64,000 nucleotides of DNA, from NCBI GenBank assembly GCA_044376455.1, contig JBIPMW010000308.1, positions 8,527 through 72,526 of the forward strand, in the 5' to 3' direction. Position 1 is the stretch's first letter. Every line of letters begins with the position of its first letter. The notes under the pieces were generated by a model, which saw only the letters and a program-made list of their open reading frames with translations, ran no database searches and was not told the origin of the DNA. Positions 26,758 through 33,568 of this stretch are shown here, piece by piece. This stretch comes from Crocinitomicaceae bacterium. Its GTDB lineage: Bacteria; Bacteroidota; Bacteroidia; Flavobacteriales_D; Crocinitomicaceae. Position numbers and translations under genes: made by a program.

Positions 26758-27003
26758 TTAGTAGGTATTAAGAACAGTATAAATCCATTCCTTTATGTCT
26801 GGTGACAACTCAGATGTCGTAATAATCGGAGGCAGATTTAAATCAGGATAGAACATTACATAGTATTGTTCAAGGCTTTCAAATGCTGAACAAGGCAATA
26901 CATTTTCATAAGCAGTCAAAACTGTCATTATGTGCTTTTGTTTAACAAAAAGCGTGATTTTACCTACGTTTAAAGAGATACCTTCAATGCGAATACCCTT
27001 CAT
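26758..27003 (-). CDS. hypothetical protein
   Basis: Start moved to MKGIRIEG with AGGAG upstream. Confidence 0.5.
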   Translation of the reverse strand: MKGIRIEGISLNVGKITLFVKQKHIMTVLTAYENVLPCSAFESLEQYYVMFYPDLNLPPIITTSELSPDIKEWIYTVLNTY

Positions 27004-27029
27004 TTTTTTACTCCTAAATAAGTTGTTAG

Positions 27030-27045
27030 CTGATAACTGATAACT
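27030..27045 (-). repeat. CTGATAA heptamer repeat, 2 copies
   Basis: ctgataa ctgataa ct. Confidence 0.6.
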
Positions 27046-27056
27046 ATGCTGACAAT

Positions 27057-27431
27057 TTAAGGTCTTTGTAAAAACAGACAACCTAAAATAACCCCAGGGT
27101 TATTTTTGTCCCGGACTAATGCGCCAGGAGCAAGGCAGTCCACACGACCTACTTTAGCGGCCGCGGCAGCCACTAATCCAGAGACGATGTAGTAAACATC
27201 CTTCTGATACTCAGGGAGTCCCTCGATCTCCCCATAAATGACGGATTCAATAGGAATCCCGTTAATTTCCCCTGCGGGGGAATTGCTCATGGAAACACGG
27301 GGAAGAACCCCTGACGGGGGGATTTCTTTGACAACTTCGACGGTTTCAGCAAGAAACTGTCTTTTGGAGTCTTGCTCGACTCCTTTTTTGGAAACTATTG
27401 TTATTACATGGGGGGTTGCGTTAATAATCAT
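27057..27431 (-). CDS. hypothetical protein
   Basis: 124-aa ORF (MIINATPHVITIV..) downstream of promoter copy 6 and the triple SD repeat. Confidence 0.6.
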   Translation of the reverse strand: MIINATPHVITIVSKKGVEQDSKRQFLAETVEVVKEIPPSGVLPRVSMSNSPAGEINGIPIESVIYGEIEGLPEYQKDVYYIVSGLVAAAAAKVGRVDCLAPGALVRDKNNPGVILGCLFLQRP

Positions 27432-27433
27432 TA

Positions 27434-27464
27434 CCTTAATCTCCTTAATCTCCTTAATCTCCTT
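27434..27464 (-). repeat. 9-bp tandem repeat AAGGAGATT x3.4 (triple Shine-Dalgarno)
   Basis: The minus strand reads AAGGAGATTAAGGAGATTAAGGAGATTAAGGTA-ATG. Confidence 0.85.
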
Positions 27465-27483
27465 GTTTTACTTGTCTAGACTC

Positions 27484-27530
27484 ATCTTACGATATTCTCC
27501 CAATAAAGTCAAGTATTTGGGAGAATTATT
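27484..27530 (-). promoter_or_regulatory. promoter/operator module copy 6
   Basis: Minus strand reads TTGACT, a 17-nt spacer, then TAAGAT, with inverted repeat ATTCTCCCAA..TTGGGAGAAT. Confidence 0.6.
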
Positions 27531-27623
27531 TCTAAACGTTTGTACTGATAACGGCTTGCGTGAGCGGCGGACAGATAAAACCGATATAACGGGAAAAGTT
27601 TCACCCGTCCGCTCCACGCTTTG

Positions 27624-27815
27624 TTAGTCCGCTTCCTTGATTAGCACGGCTTCTTTGATTTCACCTAGCGGATACATGCCATCATCATCTGTTGTAAGAC
27701 GCCACTGCTGTCCTACCTTTGCGCCGGGGAACCATTTCGGACTAGCAGACAAGCCTTCATTATGGGTGATACTATTTTTGGAAACCTTCGTAATTGTGAC
27801 AATTCGAGTGTTCAT
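27624..27815 (-). CDS. hypothetical protein
   Basis: 63-aa ORF with AAAGGAGAAAA upstream. Confidence 0.5.
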   Translation of the reverse strand: MNTRIVTITKVSKNSITHNEGLSASPKWFPGAKVGQQWRLTTDDDGMYPLGEIKEAVLIKEAD

Positions 27816-27842
27816 TTTTCTCCTTTTAGAAAAGCGGCCTAA

Positions 27843-27870
27843 CTGATAACTGACAACTGATAACTGATAA
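27843..27870 (-). repeat. CTGATAA heptamer tandem repeat, 4 copies
   Basis: ctgataa ctgacaa ctgataa ctgataa. Confidence 0.8.
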
Positions 27871-27872
27871 CT

Positions 27873-28319
27873 TTAAAACTCTTGCCATGTCATCGGGTCG
27901 GTTGCTGGCTCACTGTACCGACTTAAATCCGACGGTTCGTCATCGTCATAGATAAAATCGTCGTCGGGTTCGTTTGAAGGAACCAGATATGGGCATCCGC
28001 CCACCATTACCCAATCTTCGTATTTACGAGAAGAAATAGGTAATTGAGAAGGAGCAGGACGCGCAGGTGTAATAAATTCGATTGCGGGTAATTCGCAGTT
28101 GGGGATTTTTTTATCAGGATCGAATCCGCGCCACAATTTACCGTTGAGTGCATCAAACCACCATTCTTTACCAGTCTGCTGGCAAGTGACTCGGAGGGTT
28201 GTTACCTGACCTTTTCCCCACACTTCAAGGGATACGCGATGTTTTTGATCTTTGGCAACCATAGTAAAATTGCCGGACATAATGGGGATTTTGACAGAAG
28301 CAGAATTAGATGATATCAT
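27873..28319 (-). CDS. hypothetical protein
   Basis: 148-aa ORF with an acidic C-terminus. Confidence 0.55.
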   Translation of the reverse strand: MISSNSASVKIPIMSGNFTMVAKDQKHRVSLEVWGKGQVTTLRVTCQQTGKEWWFDALNGKLWRGFDPDKKIPNCELPAIEFITPARPAPSQLPISSRKYEDWVMVGGCPYLVPSNEPDDDFIYDDDEPSDLSRYSEPATDPMTWQEF

Positions 28320-28481
28320 GGCTTAGACCTGATAAGGGTTGACGGAAAGGCGATCACACTAATTTGCAGTTGGAGGTGGTCGTCTTTCTCTATATCTGTA
28401 TATTACCGCGAAGTCAGTAATATTGTCAAGCATTATTCTAAAAAAAGTTATAATAAATTGTAGAGACACAAAACTAATACA

Positions 28482-28685
28482 ATGGTACTAAAAAACAGAG
28501 TCAAGGAATTTACGGAAGAAAGAGGGATCACAGTCTATAAATTCATTCAACAAACAGGCATCGCAATGTCCACGGGGTACAAACTGTCCCAAAATCCTGA
28601 TCAGCTTCCTTCTATAGCAGTTTTACAGGCAATCTGTGATAGGTATGAAGTACAGCCTAACGAAATTGTTTATCGCATTGATTGA
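28482..28685 (+). CDS. XRE/Cro-type HTH regulator
   Basis: 67 aa. ..RGITVYKFIQQTGIAMSTGYKLSQNP.. Divergent from the 27873-28319 operon. Confidence 0.75.
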   Translation: MVLKNRVKEFTEERGITVYKFIQQTGIAMSTGYKLSQNPDQLPSIAVLQAICDRYEVQPNEIVYRID

Positions 28686-28705
28686 AAGTGTGATACAATA
28701 ATAAA

Positions 28706-28776
28706 GCCGGGGGAGTAAAACGGTTCACGCAAGTCTCATAAGCTTGAAACAGTGGGTTCAATTCCCATCCCCGACA
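28706..28776 (+). tRNA. tRNA with CAU anticodon (Met, or Ile2 if lysidinylated)
   Basis: Hand-folded. Acceptor GCCGGGG/CCCCGAC has a C2:A71 mismatch. Anticodon arm is CAAGT-CTCATAA-GCTTG. T arm is GTGGG-TTCAATT-CCCAT. The D arm is weak, position 8 is G, and no CCA is encoded. Confidence 0.55.
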
Positions 28777-28780
28777 CTGA

Positions 28781-29074
28781 TTAAACAAAATCCCAGTTAA
28801 GAGAATTATTAAATCCTTGTATATCAGCAAGGGCTTTTTCTCCTGATCGGGTGAGCCGATAGTATCTTTTTCTAGCACCGCCTCTATCGCTAGATCGTTC
28901 AGTTCCCCATCGGGATTTAATAAGTTCTTTTTCCTCTAGCTTTTGGAATACAGGGTAAAATGAGCCAATATCAAGGCTTTTACCTTTAATATCAGCTATA
29001 GATTGAATTGTCTGTAATCCCGACAATTCTTTATTGTAAAGAGTCCGCAAAACAAGGATTTCTGTGTTTGTCAT
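28781..29074 (-). CDS. PadR-family transcriptional regulator
   Basis: ..GSFYPVFQKLEEKELIKSRW......RKRYYRLTRSGEKAL fits the PadR winged-helix pattern. Confidence 0.8.
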   Translation of the reverse strand: MTNTEILVLRTLYNKELSGLQTIQSIADIKGKSLDIGSFYPVFQKLEEKELIKSRWGTERSSDRGGARKRYYRLTRSGEKALADIQGFNNSLNWDFV

Positions 29075-29078
29075 TGCT

Positions 29079-29318
29079 TTAAAGTTTTCTAATCGGTCTT
29101 TTTCTGGGTGATTGTCGATCTTGAATTAAATCTTGGTTTTCCTCAAGGAAAGACTCTAGCTGATCATCGGGAATTCCTGTGACTTCTCCGGTTTTCAGTA
29201 AAACAATAACCCTGGATTGTGGTGGTTTGACGACATTCGACTTGAAATCAGGAGGAATACCTGGTAATCGGTCAATTTTTGCTGAATACCCACCACATCG
29301 GTCAAATTTGTCAGGCAT
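29079..29318 (-). CDS. hypothetical protein
   Basis: 79-aa ORF co-oriented with the PadR gene. Confidence 0.5.
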   Translation of the reverse strand: MPDKFDRCGGYSAKIDRLPGIPPDFKSNVVKPPQSRVIVLLKTGEVTGIPDDQLESFLEENQDLIQDRQSPRKRPIRKL

Positions 29319-29337
29319 ATTTTAAATACGGTATAAT
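29308..29337 (+). promoter_or_regulatory. sigma70-type promoter TTGTCA-18-TATAAT
   Basis: Read directly from the sequence. It drives 29395-29919. Confidence 0.6.
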
Positions 29338-29346
29338 ATTGGTATG

Positions 29347-29364
29347 CCCCCGCGTTAACGGGGG
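29347..29364 (+). promoter_or_regulatory. conserved 5' leader hairpin (CCCCCG / CGGGGG)
   Basis: Partner of the hairpin at 18769-18787. Confidence 0.55.
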
Positions 29365-29394
29365 ACTAACCAATAAGACTAATCAGGAGTCATT

Positions 29395-29919
29395 ATGGCT
29401 GTTTCTAGTTTACAACGTTTTGATCACGATGGTATCGAGTTAATCATCGATACCCAGACCGGTGAGAGCTTTGCCTCAATTAGTGGATATGCCCGGATGT
29501 CAGGGAAAATACCTTCGACTGTTTCTCGCCGTTTGACTATGAGTGGTTTGCGTGAAAAAGGTCTTGAACAGGCTCAAATCGAGACAGCAAGTGGGTTACG
29601 AACCGTTGCATTGATACCAGAAAATTTAATCTGCCAGTGGCTAATTAAAGACAATCACGAACTAGCCCTAAAAGTAATGCAGTTGGGCGTTCGCTTATTC
29701 CTTCACACATTAGCGGGTTTTCAGGTCAAAAGTGAGGCAATTGAGACTAACAAGCGACTTGATAGCCAAATTGCTGAATTAACTGCCAAAATCGAAAAAT
29801 TGGACTACAAAGAAGTTGACTATATTGACGAGATACTTGACTTAAAAGAGCAAATCAAAAAGCTTGAGAGCGAGAACTCTACCCTAGAAGAACAAATCGA
29901 GTTAATGGGGGGATATTAG
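29395..29919 (+). CDS. antirepressor-like (KilA-N/BRO-type N-domain) protein with C-terminal coiled coil
   Basis: MAVSSLQRFDHDGIELIIDTQTGESFASISGYARMSG.. has the same start pattern MA..SLQ.FD and the same architecture as 18006-18737. Confidence 0.55.
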   Translation: MAVSSLQRFDHDGIELIIDTQTGESFASISGYARMSGKIPSTVSRRLTMSGLREKGLEQAQIETASGLRTVALIPENLICQWLIKDNHELALKVMQLGVRLFLHTLAGFQVKSEAIETNKRLDSQIAELTAKIEKLDYKEVDYIDEILDLKEQIKKLESENSTLEEQIELMGGY

Positions 29920-29983
29920 GTGAAAAGCATTTGTTTACTGCTAAGATAAAAGCGATAACTGTTGCATAACTGATACAACTAAC

Positions 29984-30011
29984 CCCCTGTAGGGACTACA
30001 GGGGTTTTTAT
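29984..30011 (+). terminator. intrinsic terminator
   Basis: CCCCCTGTAG-gga-CTACAGGGG followed by TTTTT. Confidence 0.8.
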
Positions 30012-30016
30012 TATCT

Positions 30017-30095
30017 AATGTTCGGAGCTTAGTGGGTAATGTTCGGAGCTTAACAGCCTAATGTTCGGAGCTTAGTGGGTAATGTTCGGAGCTTG
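30017..30095 (+). repeat. four direct 15-bp iterons TAATGTTCGGAGCTT (period 21-22 bp)
   Basis: Exact copies at 30017, 30038, 30060 and 30081, with spacers agtggg / aacagcc / agtggg. Confidence 0.9.
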
Positions 30096-30099
30096 GCTA

Positions 30100-30815
30100 G
30101 TTTGTTAGTCTGTAAATAGATTGTAGATAGATTGTAGATAGAAATATTAACAATGGAATCCTTGATATATATAGATTTCAGACTTTGTTTATATTGTTAG
30201 CCTTATCCCCGTGTCGGGTTTTTTTGTGTTCTTATTGCTGACTTCGATTAATTAGATTGTTAGTTTGTAAATAGATTGTAAATAAGGGTATTTACAAAGA
30301 CAGAAAAGATGAAAGCTATATATATCAATACTTTCATCCTTTTTTTACTTCTTTGTAGATATTGTTAATGATTACCCCGTGTGTGTTTTTTGCTTTACTG
30401 TTGAGACTGTTTCTTTTTATTGCTAACCTTGTTTGGTTTCTTTATCTTTCTCTCCTCCCTATAAGACATCGACAATATCTACAAAGTCTAAAATCTAATC
30501 AGGGTAAGGCTTTCAATTGTAGATAAGCCTATTTACAATCAAACACAAAAAGAACAAATTAGCGATGAATCACTTTTCACCTCTAAAATTCCCTGATTAG
30601 CCAAAAATACGGCATTTTGTCAATAGAGTCAGTTTTGCGTTTAATCACTTTTATTGCTGACCTTGCCGTACATCTTTTACTCTATTTTCTTTTTTCCTCT
30701 GTAAGGCATTGACAATATCAACAAAGTCTAGAACCTTTATAGGGTAAAGGTTTCGATTGTAGATAGGGTTATCTACAATCTATCTACAATCTAACAATCG
30801 CTCTGTAGTATTTGT
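30100..30815. repeat. ORF-free repeat arm R3 (TTGTAGATA 9-mers, ~75-bp units, TATATATATCAA motifs)
   Basis: Forward 9-mers at 30122, 30133, 30354, 30518 and 30758. Reverse-complement copies at 30477, 30771 and 30782. TTGTAAATA variants are also present. Units at 30451-30526 and 30692-30766. Confidence 0.85.
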
Positions 30816-31046
30816 AATATATGTAATACGGATAGATAAAAAAAAACGCTCCCTCGTAAAGCGGTAGTCCAAGTCAATCTTTTTAAGAATTTTCTCACAG
30901 TCCTAATAGAATTGTCAAGGCAAAAAAATAACCGCGCTCCCGGGTGCGGTATAAAAGAGCGCGGCGGTGTAAATATGTTTTCCTTTTAAGTATATCTCAA
31001 AAAAGAAAATTCAATATATAATACAATAAACAGTACAATCTCGTTA

Positions 31047-31505
31047 ATGTCTCAAAAAGTCCTTACAGGTAATCTCTATTTAATAGGGCAGTCGTATCCT
31101 ACGATTGCCAGTGAAACTGTTATCGAGGTTAAGCAGGGAACGACTTGGGATGAGGAGTTTTTTATTCAAGGAGATTTTACAGGATGGAACATTAATTTTT
31201 ATATTGCCAAGCAATCAGGCGAGGCTAGAATAGCTACTGGTCGGATCGAGGGATTGCAGTTTGGAGATTTTACGGTAGAGGGAACTGAATATGAAAATTA
31301 CACTTATTTTAAGCTAATTATCGATAGTAATATTACTGCTGAGATGGAAGTTACCCCTATTGCTTTTAAAGAAATTGAACAACCGAAAGCTGGTAGGGAT
31401 TACTGGCAAGCTGATTTAGAGGCTTCTAAATCAATTGCTACTAAATTGATAGTTCAACCTTTAGCCCTTGATTTAACTCCTGTAGTAGTGAGGGGGCAAG
31501 TCTGA
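31047..31505 (+). CDS. hypothetical protein (first gene of plus-strand fibre-like block)
   Basis: 152-aa ORF whose stop overlaps the next start (ATGA-type coupling). Confidence 0.55.
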   Translation: MSQKVLTGNLYLIGQSYPTIASETVIEVKQGTTWDEEFFIQGDFTGWNINFYIAKQSGEARIATGRIEGLQFGDFTVEGTEYENYTYFKLIIDSNITAEMEVTPIAFKEIEQPKAGRDYWQADLEASKSIATKLIVQPLALDLTPVVVRGQV

Positions 31506-31864
31506 TGGCAGTCATTGTTCAATCCTCTGGTGCGATAGCAGAAATAACAGGTAGTTCTCAAAAGATAATTCTTTCAGCTACTTTAGGGAATGCTGGCTGG
31601 TCTCCTATTCTTTCTTTAATTTCTGATGGCAATCGTCGGGTATTGCAAGTATCTGGCTGGGTAGGAGGTTCTGGTTTACCCCCCGATATCGGAGGGTATA
31701 TCGGAGCTTCTGGATTAGTTTCTTTAATTGCTAATGCAATTGATATTCGTGGCAGTGAAGGTAAATCAGCTTATCAAGTGGCTATTGATAATGGATTCAC
31801 TGGCACGGAGCAAGATTGGCTTAATAGCCTAGAAAACACGCAATGGATAATTACAGATTGGTAA
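31505..31864 (+). CDS. tail-fibre-related protein
   Basis: GKSAYQVAIDNGFTGTEQDWLNSL is a motif common in phage tail-fibre proteins. Confidence 0.5.
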   Translation: MAVIVQSSGAIAEITGSSQKIILSATLGNAGWSPILSLISDGNRRVLQVSGWVGGSGLPPDIGGYIGASGLVSLIANAIDIRGSEGKSAYQVAIDNGFTGTEQDWLNSLENTQWIITDW

Positions 31865-31868
31865 AAAT

Positions 31869-32441
31869 ATGAGTACATTTAAGCCCTCTAAATTAACTGC
31901 AGTCCCATCGCTACCCTGCGAGGGTAACGCTGTGTTTTTTGTTGCGCCTCAAGACAAGCCGAACTATATTGAAATATATGTAAGCAATACTTCTGGGACT
32001 GCTCTAAAGCGACTATTGACAGATGTAGATATTCAGGCATTAATCGATGCTTCAATTTCTGGATTAGCTGGTGAAATGCCGATTGTAGCTGATATAGCAG
32101 CAAGAAATGCTTTAGTGCTGACCAAAAACACTCAGGTATTGGTTCTGGACGCGACTGGCGATTCCACTGTGACAAGCGGCGCGGCTACTTACCTCTATAG
32201 AGTTTCTACGACTTCTTGGATTAAATTAAACGAAGCTGAATCGCTTGATTTGATTTCACAATGGGCTAATATTCAGGGAAGGCCTACTAGCTCTCCTACT
32301 GCTATTGATACGGCGGTGTCCAATAGCCACACTCACACCAATAAAACTCAGCTTGATAAAATAGGAGAAAATACTGATGGACTTTTTACCTATAATAATA
32401 GCTTGCCTAAAATTGAATGGGAGGGAACAATTGCATGGTAG
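31869..32441 (+). CDS. tail-fibre-related protein
   Basis: ..SNSHTHTNKTQLDKIGE.. is a motif seen in phage fibre and tail proteins. 190 aa. Confidence 0.5.
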   Translation: MSTFKPSKLTAVPSLPCEGNAVFFVAPQDKPNYIEIYVSNTSGTALKRLLTDVDIQALIDASISGLAGEMPIVADIAARNALVLTKNTQVLVLDATGDSTVTSGAATYLYRVSTTSWIKLNEAESLDLISQWANIQGRPTSSPTAIDTAVSNSHTHTNKTQLDKIGENTDGLFTYNNSLPKIEWEGTIAW

Positions 32442-32659
32442 TTTTTCGTCCTGAAAAAGTATTAGGAGGCCTTCCCCCTACTCTAACGCCTAATGCCGTT
32501 TATTTTGTTCGGGTAGGAAGTGGAATCATGATTTATGTCGCTGATGCTACGGGAAGCGCGGCTTATCCTATAAACCAAACTACCATTACATACGGAACAT
32601 CGCCTCCTAACAATAACGATGGAAACCCAGAAGGTAGCATTTACATCCAAGTAACTTAA
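32417..32659 (+). CDS. hypothetical protein
   Basis: 80-aa ORF that overlaps the upstream gene by 25 nt. Confidence 0.45.
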   Translation: MGGNNCMVVFRPEKVLGGLPPTLTPNAVYFVRVGSGIMIYVADATGSAAYPINQTTITYGTSPPNNNDGNPEGSIYIQVT

Positions 32660-32663
32660 AACT

Positions 32664-33158
32664 ATGGAATTACTAGACAAAATCAATCAAGTTGCCAACG
32701 AGTTAAAAGATCAATTTGAGGGAACTATCGAAAGTGTTCCCGATTGGGCTATTTCTGATAAGTTAAATGAGCCGATTGTAATTCTGCAAAGTGAGTACAA
32801 ACCTGTGCAAATTAGAGAAATTAAAACTATATTAATTCTTGCTCAAGAATTATTTAATATAGTTGATTACATTTCTAATGGAGAAAATAAATCGATTAAG
32901 AATATTTGTTACAGTGTTAATGCTGTCTTAAGTGAATTGGAAGCCTTAGATCTTAATCAATCAGAATACTTGGCAACTTTTCAGCAAATAGTAGCTAGTT
33001 TATTTCAAGCCGATTTAATTTCAGCACCAACTAAAACACGGTTAGAATCTTTAATTGTATTAGAAGAAAAACAAGTTTTAGGAAAAAGTTGGGCGCAATT
33101 AAATGGCGTGGAAATTAATCCTAGAATAATTGGAATATCGAGAGGGGGTATCTCTTAA
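32664..33158 (+). CDS. hypothetical protein
   Basis: 164-aa ORF coupled to its neighbours. Confidence 0.55.
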   Translation: MELLDKINQVANELKDQFEGTIESVPDWAISDKLNEPIVILQSEYKPVQIREIKTILILAQELFNIVDYISNGENKSIKNICYSVNAVLSELEALDLNQSEYLATFQQIVASLFQADLISAPTKTRLESLIVLEEKQVLGKSWAQLNGVEINPRIIGISRGGIS

Positions 33159-33568
33159 TGGCAGTTGCAACTTGGTCGGCTTTAAGTGCAGAATCTGCTA
33201 ATTTAGCGACCCCTTTAAATGGTGTGGTTACAGAAACTACTGTTTTTATAGGAGATATTGAAAATACAACCAATAAGAATTTTTATCTAGGGCTGTGGTT
33301 TCAATCTGGAAATATGACCCCTAGTAGCACCGGCTCGATCTCAATAATTCTAAGAAGAAAAAGGGGAAGTTTTTACGCTGAAAATAACAGCGAAATTCAA
33401 CTCCCTGCGTTGACAGGGACGGGTTCTCGGCAAGTAAATTTAGCGGCTTCGATTCGCATTCCTTACGCATCAACTTGGGGGCTTTATATTACTAATAATC
33501 TGGGAGCTACTATACCCTCTAGTGGCAATACTTTAGTAAGTTTTAGATGGAATGAAGAGGTTAATTAA
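33158..33568 (+). CDS. hypothetical protein
   Basis: 136-aa beta-rich ORF with ATGA-type coupling. Confidence 0.55.
   Translation: MAVATWSALSAESANLATPLNGVVTETTVFIGDIENTTNKNFYLGLWFQSGNMTPSSTGSISIILRRKRGSFYAENNSEIQLPALTGTGSRQVNLAASIRIPYASTWGLYITNNLGATIPSSGNTLVSFRWNEEVN

Noticed and set aside
28706-28776. The phage tRNA could be an ochre suppressor explaining the two in-frame TAA codons.
   Set aside because: The only canonical 5-bp stem with a 7-nt loop gives the anticodon CAU with U33 in place. No UUA anticodon can be placed.
28657-28878. The 73-aa minus-strand ORF could be a gene.
   Set aside because: It overlaps the tRNA and the 3' end of the PadR gene in another frame, and has no RBS.
17515-30815. 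The repeat arms and iterons could be CRISPR arrays.
   Set aside because: There is no constant repeat-spacer periodicity. Repeat units occur in both orientations and at irregular spacing. The 15-bp iterons are too short and too closely spaced. No cas-like genes are present.
30932-30964. A GC-rich hairpin (CCGCGCTC-17 nt-GAGCGCGG) lies upstream of the plus-strand fibre block.
   Set aside because: There is no adjacent U-tract and no second copy. I cannot assign it as a terminator, antiterminator or protein-binding site from sequence alone.
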